A stretch of 32,283 nt of DNA, taken from an uncultured Acidimicrobiaceae bacterium (lineage in GTDB: Bacteria; Actinomycetota; Acidimicrobiia; Acidimicrobiales; Bog-793). The stretch lies in assembly GCA_903907185.1 (NCBI GenBank), contig CAIVND010000243.1, positions 1-32,283 of the forward strand, in the 5' to 3' direction. The notes under the pieces are model-generated. The model did no database searches. It had not been told where the DNA came from and saw only the letters and a list, made by a program, of their open reading frames with translations. Both the position numbers and the translations under genes were made by a program. Below are positions 9,537 to 18,215 of the stretch, piece after piece; the first letter of the stretch is position 1, and every line of letters begins with the position of its first letter.

Positions 9537-9784
9537 AGTCGAACGCTAGCAGCAAGCGACTCTTTGGCCTCCGCCCAAGATGGCAAAAGGATGTCACCGG
9601 GTGGCCCAATTTCGATCGGCGATCGATCGGCCCGACGAAGCAGCTCCATAAAGGGCTAAGGCGAGTGACTGCGGGATCGCGTCAACAACAACTCAGCCGC
9701 TTAGTAATTCTTCAGATCAAATACTCCGAAAGTTCAATCGCCCCGAAAGGCCAGCAAAAGGAAGCGGAATCGAGGCCTGAGCCC

Positions 9785-10288
9785 TCAGGATGTGCTGCCT
9801 GAGCGGAGGGAATGAGTGAGCACAGTGATAGGAGCAGTCATGATCAAAGCGGGCGCTCCACCCCACTCACCTAGTTTGACCTCCTTTGATCGCCAAAACC
9901 CAAGCGAACGGTAGAAGTCAACCGTCTCTGCATAGTCAGAGCTCCCCGAACTTGGACCAAGAGTGAGGAGGCAAACTGATAAGAAACCGTTTTCGATACC
10001 ACGGCGAGCGACCGCTCCAGCCAAGAGCCGACCGTGGCCACTTCGCCGTTGATCGGCGTGAACCGCAAGGTAGGTGATCTCGAGGCTCTCATCGAAACAT
10101 GGGCGAGTAGTGACAAAAGCTACGACGATCCCACCGTCAACCACCGCAAAACCTGCTTGAGTCTGCGCGGCCTCCCTCACGGATTGCTCTGCACCGGCAT
10201 AGCCAAACCATGCGGGAAGTGAACGAATGATGCCGACACAGGCTTCGTCGTCATCAGCCTGCAATTCGCGCAGCGTTACAGCAGTCAT
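9785..10288 (-). CDS. GNAT-family N-acyltransferase
   Basis: The acyl-CoA-binding motif is LAVHADQRRSGHGRLLAG (Q/R-x-x-G-x-G/A), within an alpha/beta GNAT-like layout. The ATG overlaps the sucD stop (ATGA at 10285-10288). Confidence 0.75.
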   Translation of the reverse strand: MTAVTLRELQADDDEACVGIIRSLPAWFGYAGAEQSVREAAQTQAGFAVVDGGIVVAFVTTRPCFDESLEITYLAVHADQRRSGHGRLLAGAVARRGIENGFLSVCLLTLGPSSGSSDYAETVDFYRSLGFWRSKEVKLGEWGGAPALIMTAPITVLTHSLRSGSTS

Positions 10289-11172
10289 TGAAGGTTGCGG
10301 ACTACCTCAACCATTTTTTCGCCGGCCTCAGTCGGATTCTTCGCCACGATGACTCCAGCGGCACTGAGGGCATCCATCTTGGCCTGCGCCGTACCCTGCG
10401 AACCGGAGACGATCGCCCCGGCGTGGCCCATCTTGCGCCCTGCGGGAGCGGTTACACCAGCGATGTAGGCAACCACTGGCTTTGTCATGTGATCGCGGAT
10501 GAAATCTGCAGCCCGTTCCTCCTCGGAGCCCCCAATCTCACCGATCATGATGCCCGCACGAGTCTCGGGATCAGCCTCAAAGGCCTCGAGAACGTCGATG
10601 AAGTTTGTCCCCGGTACGGGATCGCCTCCAATTCCAACACAGGTCGTCTGTCCGACTCCCTGCTGAGAAAGTTCGTGAAGCGCCTGATAGGTGAGGGTGC
10701 CAGATCTGCTCACAATGCCAACTGGCCCGCCAGCAAGCGCGATCTCCCCGGCGGTGATCCCAATGTTGCTCTTTCCTGGGGAGATCAGTCCAGGGCAGTT
10801 TGGTCCCAGCAGCCGAGTCTTTGGAAAATCGCGCTTGAGCCGTGCGTAGACAACTGCCTCATCCTTTGCGGGGATGTGCTCTGTGATGCAAACAATGAGC
10901 GCGATACCAGCCTCAGCTGCCTGCAAGATCGCCTCAGCTGCGGCTCGAGGTGGAACCGCAACAAAACTTGCGGTCGCACCTGTCTTGGCAACCGCCTCGG
11001 CAACGGTATTGAATACCGGTATTCCATCGACGTTCTCGCCACCCTTCCCAGGTGTAACGCCTGCCACAACCTTGGTGCCATAGTCACGGTTACGTAGACC
11101 GTGAAAACGACCCTGACTTCCCGTGAGTCCCTGAACAATAACTTTGGTGTTCTCGTCGATAAAGATGCTCAT
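10285..11172 (-). CDS. sucD: Succinyl-CoA synthetase (ADP-forming) alpha subunit
   Basis: Motifs: [31 protein letters not shown], and MGHAGAI (the phosphohistidine loop). The start overlaps the sucC stop (ATGA at 11169-11172). Confidence 0.96.
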   Translation of the reverse strand: MSIFIDENTKVIVQGLTGSQGRFHGLRNRDYGTKVVAGVTPGKGGENVDGIPVFNTVAEAVAKTGATASFVAVPPRAAAEAILQAAEAGIALIVCITEHIPAKDEAVVYARLKRDFPKTRLLGPNCPGLISPGKSNIGITAGEIALAGGPVGIVSRSGTLTYQALHELSQQGVGQTTCVGIGGDPVPGTNFIDVLEAFEADPETRAGIMIGEIGGSEEERAADFIRDHMTKPVVAYIAGVTAPAGRKMGHAGAIVSGSQGTAQAKMDALSAAGVIVAKNPTEAGEKMVEVVRNLQ

Positions 11173-12320
11173 TTTGATCCTTTATTTGCGATCTCTGCGG
11201 CGCGTCGAGCCGCGCCGATCATCGTCTCTTCCATGATGATGCGGTCTGAGATGTGCGGAGCGAGTATCTCTCGCGCAAGTGGTGCGTTCGTTCCGTCGAG
11301 ACGGATAACAATGGGAGTTGTCAGCCCGACACGATCGATAGCGATCAAGACACCCTTAGCGACCTCATCACAGCGAACGATCCCACCGAAGATATTGATC
11401 AAGATCGCTCGCACCTTTGCGTCGGAGTTGATCACCTCTAGAGCATCCGCGAGCAGATCAGCATCTGCTCCACCACCACAGTCCAAGAAGTTTGCTGCCG
11501 TACCACCAACTTGATTGACGACATCCAACGTGCTCATTGCTAGACCGGCACCATTGGCAATAATGCCGACGGAACCGTCCAAGCCGACATAGTTCAGACC
11601 CTTTTCGCGCGCGAGCAGTTCTCGCGCATCACCCTCCTGAGTGAGGGAAAACTCATTCCACTCCGGATGCCGGAAGGCGGCGTCGTCATCGAGGGTGACC
11701 TTCGCATCGAGTGCGTGAACCTTTCCAGCCGGGGTAAGAATTAGCGGATTGATCTCAACTAAGTCAGCGTCTCCGTCGATATAACAGTGGTAAAGCTTCT
11801 CAAGGATCTCGACGACACCGGCCTTCGCCTCTTCGTCAATTCCGGCCTGGTCGACGAGCTTTGCAAGGTCGTCTGCGTTCACACCATCTAGGGGGTTGAT
11901 ATACAGGCGCGCGATCGCGTCCGGATCCTCCTCAACGACCTGCTCGATGTCAACACCGCCCTTCGCACTCAACATACAAAGATGGGCCTTCTCGGCGCGA
12001 TCGAGAGTGAAACTCGCGTAGTACTCCTTCGAGATATCACTCGCGCATTCGATCCAAAGACGACCGACGATATGGCCTTTGATGTCGAGTCCGAGGATCG
12101 ACGATGCGTGCAACTTCACTTCAGCGACGTCACTCGCGAGCTTGACTCCACCAGCCTTGCCGCGACCACCAACTTGAACTTGAGCTTTGACGACGACCGG
12201 GTAGCCAATGCGATCAGCCACCGCGACCGCCTCATCAACTGTGTCGGCGATATCGCCTGGAGAGACGGGAATGCCAAATTTGGCGAAGTATTGCTTTCCC
12301 TGATATTCGAAGAGATCCAC
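11169..12320 (-). CDS. sucC: Succinyl-CoA synthetase beta subunit
   Basis: The track ORF extends to 12347. I prefer the GTG at 12320 (VDLFEYQGKQYFAKFGIPV), which matches the usual MDLFEYQ N-terminus and is preceded by AAGGAGG about 9 nt upstream. Other motifs: VVVKAQVQVGGRGKAGGVK, INIFGGI. Confidence 0.95.
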   Translation of the reverse strand: MDLFEYQGKQYFAKFGIPVSPGDIADTVDEAVAVADRIGYPVVVKAQVQVGGRGKAGGVKLASDVAEVKLHASSILGLDIKGHIVGRLWIECASDISKEYYASFTLDRAEKAHLCMLSAKGGVDIEQVVEEDPDAIARLYINPLDGVNADDLAKLVDQAGIDEEAKAGVVEILEKLYHCYIDGDADLVEINPLILTPAGKVHALDAKVTLDDDAAFRHPEWNEFSLTQEGDARELLAREKGLNYVGLDGSVGIIANGAGLAMSTLDVVNQVGGTAANFLDCGGGADADLLADALEVINSDAKVRAILINIFGGIVRCDEVAKGVLIAIDRVGLTTPIVIRLDGTNAPLAREILAPHISDRIIMEETMIGAARRAAEIANKGSK

Positions 12321-12446
12321 CGGAGACCGGCCTCCTTGTCCATACAACTAGTCCCCTCACATTAGACAGTCCCCGCACTTTTGGCCCAATCCATCGCACA
12401 TCTCTTTGTGATTGACGACGAGAATCGATCTCAGCCCCGATGATCG

Positions 12447-14171
12447 TTGGCTACTACCATCTCCGTCGTGACCCTGGCCTCGACAACTTCAACCCCGGTT
12501 GAGTCAGAGGCCTCCAAAGCGAATAACCGGTCCCTACGATCTCAGCCCACCAGCTATCGCGTCTGTCTGGTCCTCGTTGGGCTCTGCGCTTTCGGAGTCG
12601 CAGCGGGAATTGTCTTCCACATGCTTGGTGTCGGTCATGATCTCTATGGCGTCACCGAATACGATGACGGTGTCTACTTCGGTGCGGCAATGCATCTCGT
12701 CGCCGGTCAGCTCCCCTATCGAGATTTTACCTTCGTACAACCGCCGGGAATAACGATCATCCTCGCACCGATCGCGCTTATTTCGGGGCATGCAGATCCC
12801 AGGGATGGGCTCGCGGCCGCTCGTATTCTCACCGGCGTTATTGTCGGCCTTAATGCACTTCTCGTTGTTTGGATTTTGCGACACCGCAGTCTTCTCGGCG
12901 CATTCCTCGGTGCGATGTTGGTGGCCATCTATCCGCCCGGAGTTTATTCACACCACACAATTCTTCTCGAGCCCTATCTCACATTTTTTTGTCTGATTGC
13001 GGTTGCGCTGGCATTTGATGGAGATCGCCTTGCATCCAATCGCCGATTGATTTTTGCTGGCATCGTCCTGGGGTTTGCCGGAACCGTCAAGCTCTTCGCC
13101 GCTGCGGTCGCGATTGCCTTCTTCTTTGTCCTCGTTTGGAAGAACCGAGACAAGCTTCGACCATTTGTAATCGGTGCGCTCATTGGCTTTCTCGTCCCCT
13201 GCCTTCCATTTTTTCTGGGAGCACCGAGTAATTTCATTCGAGACGTATTTACATCACAGCTTGGTCGTGCTGCCGTCGTCCCGGCACCATTTGAGGTACG
13301 GCTAAGCGGACTGACTGGCTTAACGGACATTGCCTCGCGTTCGACACTCGCGATCGGGCCACATTCAGCGTTGCCATGGATCGCGGGCGGCATTCTCGCT
13401 CTTGTCTGTTCGCTCGGCACCTTTGTTCCGGCAATCCGCCGCCATGGATCACCGCTCAATTGGTTTCTCTTGCTCGCTTCAGTAATTGCGTTCGGTATGG
13501 CCTGCCTGCCGCGCCAGTACTACACCCATTATGTAGAACTTTCCGCGATGCTGTTCTGCGTATTGATTGGAGGTTCAGTCGGAACATTGGCGCGATCGAT
13601 CCGAACATGGAGTGAACGGTCTGGCCGCAATGGCCTGGTTCGCCACTCGCGCCGTCTCGTCATTGTCGCCAGCGGGGTGATCTGCACTCTTATCATCGCC
13701 GCAGGATCCGCGTTTGTCATCAATACGCAGACCATCTTCGAACACCCGAAGTTGTTGCGATTTGGTGATCCAGCGAGAAACCTTGATCGGGCGATCCCAG
13801 CCGGTGCCTGTGTTGTTAGTGATGCGACAAGTCTTCTTGTCAATGCAAACCGAATGAACTTCTCAAAGAGCTGCCCGGTAATCGTTGATGCAACGGGTAC
13901 CTGGCTAACGTATGAGCCCGCGCATCCGCCGCAACGAAAAGGCCTTGCACCAAAGAACCCGGCGCTTGTTGCACTTTGGAAGCGAGCCTTTTCTCATGCC
14001 GACTATGCGGTCTTCGCGGGGGTGAGCGCCTTCCGCACCCCCTTTACTCCAGCGCTTTCACAGTGGTTCAACGATCACTTCGAACGTATTCCAAACGTCC
14101 GTCCGATCGCCTTCAAACGGCGGGAACATCCAATTCAGAATGCTCCAAGCATCACAGGTGTGATTCCGTAG
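12447..14171 (+). CDS. Polytopic membrane protein, ArnT-like/DUF2029-like GT-C glycosyltransferase candidate
   Basis: The first periplasmic loop reads YDDGVYFGAAMHLVAGQLPYRDFTFVQPPGITIIL. I recognise this as the signature of a large actinobacterial family annotated as GT39/ArnT-like. About 12 helices are followed by a soluble C-terminal domain. The start is TTG at 12447 (the first in-frame start after a TGA) or GTG at 12468. This is one of only two plus-strand genes. It is convergent with pcrA, with 10 nt between the stops. Confidence 0.55.
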   Translation: MATTISVVTLASTTSTPVESEASKANNRSLRSQPTSYRVCLVLVGLCAFGVAAGIVFHMLGVGHDLYGVTEYDDGVYFGAAMHLVAGQLPYRDFTFVQPPGITIILAPIALISGHADPRDGLAAARILTGVIVGLNALLVVWILRHRSLLGAFLGAMLVAIYPPGVYSHHTILLEPYLTFFCLIAVALAFDGDRLASNRRLIFAGIVLGFAGTVKLFAAAVAIAFFFVLVWKNRDKLRPFVIGALIGFLVPCLPFFLGAPSNFIRDVFTSQLGRAAVVPAPFEVRLSGLTGLTDIASRSTLAIGPHSALPWIAGGILALVCSLGTFVPAIRRHGSPLNWFLLLASVIAFGMACLPRQYYTHYVELSAMLFCVLIGGSVGTLARSIRTWSERSGRNGLVRHSRRLVIVASGVICTLIIAAGSAFVINTQTIFEHPKLLRFGDPARNLDRAIPAGACVVSDATSLLVNANRMNFSKSCPVIVDATGTWLTYEPAHPPQRKGLAPKNPALVALWKRAFSHADYAVFAGVSAFRTPFTPALSQWFNDHFERIPNVRPIAFKRREHPIQNAPSITGVIP

Positions 14172-14181
14172 CTCAACGCTC

Positions 14182-16482
14182 CTAGGCTCGTTTAAGGGGT
14201 GTCAATGCAAGAAGAAATTTCTTATCGCCCTGACGTGGAAAGTTGATGACCGCTTCCATCCGTTCCCCGTCGCCGCTCACGCTCTTAATTGAACCTTCGC
14301 CCCACCGGGTATGAACCACCCGCTCACCCGCGTGTAGATCAAGGAGATGTGCTCCATAGCCCACAGTCGATGTTGGAGTTGGTACCGCCAACGCCCGATC
14401 TTGTAGACCGACCCCTCTTCGGACAAATGCCGGCAGATCCTCATTGCGCTGTCTCCGGCGATCCATGCCATAGGGATCAGATCTCTCGTCGATCAGCTCA
14501 CTTGGAATCTCGCGTAGAAACCGGCTTGGAAGACTCTCGCGAGAGACACCAAAGATCGTCCGCACCCAAGTATTCGTGAGATAGAGCCGCTCTCGAGCAC
14601 GGGTGATTCCCACGTAACAAAGACGCCGCTCCTCTTCCAGATCGTCTGGCTCGGCCAAGGTGCGATCGTGAGGAAAGATCCCCTCTTCGAGACCAGTCAT
14701 GAAGACGGTGGCAAACTCGAGTCCTTTGACCGCGTGAAGAGTCATAAGTGTGACCCTACCTGCTGCGTTATTGAGATCATCGGAGGCTGCGACAAGCGCC
14801 GTCGTCGCGAGAAATGACTCGAGGTCTTCGTAACTCTCAGCGACAGTCACCAACTCCTCAACATTTGCTAGCCGACCCTCGGATTCGATCAGCCCTGCAC
14901 CGCCAATGGCAACCTCCGACTCGAGAGACTCCTGATATCCCGTCTCGTAGAGAGTTTGGCGCAAGATCTCCGCGGGTGGCAGCGTCTTTAGGTCGCCAAG
15001 TGATTCAAGGAGGATGACAAAACTCTCGATTCCCTTCAATGATCTGCCTGCAACTCCGGCGTCAGCCGCGTGACGAAGAGCGTAGGAGAAAGAGGTCCCC
15101 TGGCTAAAGGCATAGGTGACAAGCCGATCGATGGTCATCTTTCCCACACCACGTAGCGGCACGTTGATCACGCGGCGCAGGGATACCTCATCATCACTAT
15201 TCGCCACCAGACGCGCATAGGCGAGAAGGTCTCGAACCTCCCGCCGGTCATAGAACCGGGTCCCTCCAATAATCGTGCAGGCAACACCACGATCAGCAAG
15301 TGCCTGCTCAATTGCGCGTGACTGCGCATTCGTTCGGTAAAGAACGGCCATTTCGGAGTAGGTCAATCCCTCCTCATGGTGCAGGCGTTCAACCTCATTA
15401 GCGACGAAGGTCGCCTCATCTCGTTCATCGCCAGCGCGGTAGTGAACGATCCGATGACCTTCGCCAAGTGCACTCCACAGCGACTTCTCCTGGCGCAGCA
15501 TATTGTTGCCAATTACTGCGTTTGCGGCGCTCAAAATATTCTGGGTAGATCGGTAGTTCTGATCAAGCACGATGGTCTTGACCTCTGGATAGGCAACTTC
15601 AAACTCAAGCAGGTTTCTCACCTCTGCACCGCGAAAGCGGTAGATCGACTGATCTGAATCGCCGACCACGCAGACATTCCTGTGCACTGCGCCGATCATG
15701 GTGACGATCTCATTTTGCGCACGGTTTGTGTCTTGAAACTCATCCACCAACAGGTGGAGAAACCGGTCCTGATATCGATCAAGCACCTCAGGGTGGGTTC
15801 GAAACAGTTTTACGGTCATCGAAAGAAGATCGTCAAAATCCATCGCATTAGCGCTCTTGAGGCGCTGTGTGTAGAGCTGGTAGACCTCGGCGATCTTCTG
15901 CTCGTAGATCGTGTAAGCGCGATTGGCGTATGCCTCGGCATCGAACATCTCATTTTTTGCTGCACTAATTGCACCTGCTACCGATCGCGGCGGAAAGCGC
16001 TTCGCGTCGATTCCAAGATCATCGAGGACGTGTGTAACGAGGCGCCGACTGTCCGCGTCGTCGTAGATCGAAAACCCCGAACGGTACCCGATATGTTCGG
16101 CCTCGCGTCGCAGGATCCGCACGCAGGCGCTGTGGAAGGTGGAGATCCACATCCGCTCGGCCTCGGGACCGATGAGATCGATTACTCGCTCGCGCATCTC
16201 GTTGGCTGCTTTGTTGGTAAAGGTGATCGCCATGATGCGCATCGTCGGCACTCCGTCGCCAACAATGCGCGCGATACGCCGAGTGAGCACCCTCGTCTTT
16301 CCCGACCCTGCCCCAGCAACGACGACGAGTGGACCTCCGTCATAGAGCACGGCCTCTCGCTGTGACGGATTGAGGTCGTGCGTCAATAGGTCTCGGATCT
16401 CATCTCGGTCAGACGACATCGATGAAGTTGTCGTGGCAGCATCTGCCCCGTCGCCGAAGAGTTGTTGGTCGTTCACTCCCAC
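14182..16482 (-). CDS. pcrA: ATP-dependent DNA helicase, UvrD/PcrA family
   Basis: Motifs: [16 protein letters not shown] (Walker A), [54 protein letters not shown]. The start is GTG at 16482, or GTG at 16476 (a GTGA overlap with the guaA stop). Either start overlaps guaA. Confidence 0.93.
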   Translation of the reverse strand: MGVNDQQLFGDGADAATTTSSMSSDRDEIRDLLTHDLNPSQREAVLYDGGPLVVVAGAGSGKTRVLTRRIARIVGDGVPTMRIMAITFTNKAANEMRERVIDLIGPEAERMWISTFHSACVRILRREAEHIGYRSGFSIYDDADSRRLVTHVLDDLGIDAKRFPPRSVAGAISAAKNEMFDAEAYANRAYTIYEQKIAEVYQLYTQRLKSANAMDFDDLLSMTVKLFRTHPEVLDRYQDRFLHLLVDEFQDTNRAQNEIVTMIGAVHRNVCVVGDSDQSIYRFRGAEVRNLLEFEVAYPEVKTIVLDQNYRSTQNILSAANAVIGNNMLRQEKSLWSALGEGHRIVHYRAGDERDEATFVANEVERLHHEEGLTYSEMAVLYRTNAQSRAIEQALADRGVACTIIGGTRFYDRREVRDLLAYARLVANSDDEVSLRRVINVPLRGVGKMTIDRLVTYAFSQGTSFSYALRHAADAGVAGRSLKGIESFVILLESLGDLKTLPPAEILRQTLYETGYQESLESEVAIGGAGLIESEGRLANVEELVTVAESYEDLESFLATTALVAASDDLNNAAGRVTLMTLHAVKGLEFATVFMTGLEEGIFPHDRTLAEPDDLEEERRLCYVGITRARERLYLTNTWVRTIFGVSRESLPSRFLREIPSELIDERSDPYGMDRRRQRNEDLPAFVRRGVGLQDRALAVPTPTSTVGYGAHLLDLHAGERVVHTRWGEGSIKSVSGDGERMEAVINFPRQGDKKFLLALTPLKRA

Positions 16483-18011
16483 TCGATGGTGCCAGGCGGC
16501 TTCGAGGTGATGTCGTAGGCAACACGGTTCACCCCGTCAACTTCGTTGATAATTCTTGACGAAAGCGTCTCGAGAAGCTCGTAGGGAAGACGTGCCCAAT
16601 CCGCTGTCATCGCGTCATCACTGGTGACCGCTCGGATGATGATGGGATAGGCATAGGTCCGTTCATCACCCATGACCCCGACGGATCGCACCGCGGGAAG
16701 GACAGCAAAGTACTGCCAAAGTTCGCGATCGAGCCCCGCTCTCTTCACCTCTTCTAAGACGATTGCATCGGCTGCCCGCAGGATATCTGCACGCTCTTGC
16801 GTGACTTCGCCCACGATTCGAACACCAAGACCGGGACCAGGGAAGGGTTGACGCCACACCATTGCTTCGGGGAGTCCGAGCTCGACGCCAATCTGTCGGA
16901 CCTCATCTTTAAAAAGAAGGCGAAGTGGCTCAACCAAGCTGAACTGCATATCTTCGGGAAGGCCTCCGACATTGTGGTGTGACTTGATCGTCGCGGCACT
17001 TGCGGTCCCTGACTCAATAACATCGGGATAGAGCGTGCCCTGAGCAAGAAAATCGACATCGGTAATCTCGCTCGCAACCTCTTCAAAGACACGAATGAAC
17101 AGTTCACCGATGATCTTTCGTTTGCTCTCGGGGTCGGTGACACCAGCGAGCGCCGAGAAGAACCGATCGGCCGCTTTGACGTGAATGAGATCGATAGCAA
17201 ACTGAGCTCGAAAGGTCTCTTCGATCTGTTCCGACTCGCCCTCTCGCATCAATCCAGTGTCGACATAGACACAGGTGAGTTGGCTACCAATTGCACGGTG
17301 TACAAGTGCTGCTGCGACCGCTGAGTCAACTCCGCCAGACAGTGCACAGAGGACTCTTCGATCCCCCACCTGCTCTTTCACTGCCGTCGTTGCTGCATCA
17401 ATAACCGAACGGTGGGTCCAACTGGGCAAGCACTCTGCGACCTCAAAGAGGAAACGACGGATAACACTTTGACCATCGATGGTGTGGGCAACCTCCGGAT
17501 GAAACTGCACCCCAACAAACTTTCGCTGGAGATCCTCCAGCGCTGCGACCGGAGCTTGAGGAGTCGAGGCAGTGACAGTAAATCCAGGAGGAGCAGTGGC
17601 GATGGAGTCGCCATGGCTCATCCAAACATCATGAGGTGACTCCCAACCAGCCAAAACAGCCGAGGTCGCTTGTACTGAGAGCTCTGTGCGACCGTACTCA
17701 CCCACCCCCGTGCGGACAACCTCTCCACCAAGCTGCAGGCTCAGAAGCTGTGCTCCGTAGCAGATGCCGAGAATTGGGATCCCAAGCTCATAGACCGCAG
17801 GATCAAGGCGAGGGGCAACGTCGGCATAGACCGAAGAGGGACCACCCGAAAGGATGATCGCGGTCGGTTGGAGCTCAGCGATCTCCGCCGCAGTCGCCGA
17901 ATGGGCCACGATCACTGAATAGACCTCAGCCTCTCGAACGCGACGGGCGATTAGCTGCGCGTACTGGGCTCCAAAATCAACAACAACGACGGTATCGAAT
18001 CCATGAATCAC
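16473..18011 (-). CDS. guaA: GMP synthase (glutamine-hydrolysing)
   Basis: The start is GTG. Motifs: [28 protein letters not shown] (GATase Cys), LSGGVDSAV (PP-loop), and C-terminal KPPGTIEWE. Confidence 0.96.
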   Translation of the reverse strand: MIHGFDTVVVVDFGAQYAQLIARRVREAEVYSVIVAHSATAAEIAELQPTAIILSGGPSSVYADVAPRLDPAVYELGIPILGICYGAQLLSLQLGGEVVRTGVGEYGRTELSVQATSAVLAGWESPHDVWMSHGDSIATAPPGFTVTASTPQAPVAALEDLQRKFVGVQFHPEVAHTIDGQSVIRRFLFEVAECLPSWTHRSVIDAATTAVKEQVGDRRVLCALSGGVDSAVAAALVHRAIGSQLTCVYVDTGLMREGESEQIEETFRAQFAIDLIHVKAADRFFSALAGVTDPESKRKIIGELFIRVFEEVASEITDVDFLAQGTLYPDVIESGTASAATIKSHHNVGGLPEDMQFSLVEPLRLLFKDEVRQIGVELGLPEAMVWRQPFPGPGLGVRIVGEVTQERADILRAADAIVLEEVKRAGLDRELWQYFAVLPAVRSVGVMGDERTYAYPIIIRAVTSDDAMTADWARLPYELLETLSSRIINEVDGVNRVAYDITSKPPGTIEWE

Positions 18012-18215
18012 CGCTCCACGCTACCAAGCTCTCGAGTCACAGGCCTCTGGCTTTTCGAACAAAATGCACCCACTTCAAGCTCGGGATCTGTCGAGTTGGA
18101 GACTGGATCTGTGGATCCTCCTGGCGTTCTTCGTCATCGCCTCGCTGTGTCGCCAACGCCGACCCAAGTGCGGCATGAACCATTCGATCGGGGCGGCCAC
18201 TTCAGCACGCAATGC

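Noticed and set aside
9482-9649. A 56-codon minus-strand ORF starting at the ATG at 9649 in the purN leader and running into purN out of frame
   Set aside because: It has no RBS, overlaps the purN start in another frame, and has no recognisable motif.
9537-9784. ZTP (pfl) riboswitch or another purine-related leader RNA upstream of purN
   Set aside because: I read both strands and found neither the conserved 5' GACUGGCG-like element nor the 3' CCGCCUGGGC pseudoknot partner. The closest string is cttgggcggagg, which does not fit. I kept the region only as an unexplained spacer, not as an RNA call.
10288-11097. A 269-aa plus-strand ORF antisense to sucD.

Similar long shadow ORFs:
- 26576-27361 (+, antisense to tsaD)
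- 15682-16365 (+, in pcrA)
- 7429-8040 (+, in purH)
- 4868-5410 (+, in folD)
- 31045-31581 (+, in nnr)
- 30214-30975 (-, alternative frame of alr)
   Set aside because: Each lies entirely inside a gene whose product has unmistakable conserved motifs. The translations are Arg/Ser/Pro/Cys-rich, low-complexity and motif-free. Long stop-free alternative frames of this kind are expected in GC-biased coding DNA.
18037-18183. A 48-codon minus-strand ORF (MVHAALGSALATQRGDDEERQEDPQIQSPTRQIPSLKWVHFVRKARGL) in the guaA upstream spacer
   Set aside because: It has no Shine-Dalgarno sequence and a hydrophilic, low-complexity composition with no motif. It is below the length where chance ORFs are rare. It is mentioned only within the spacer finding.
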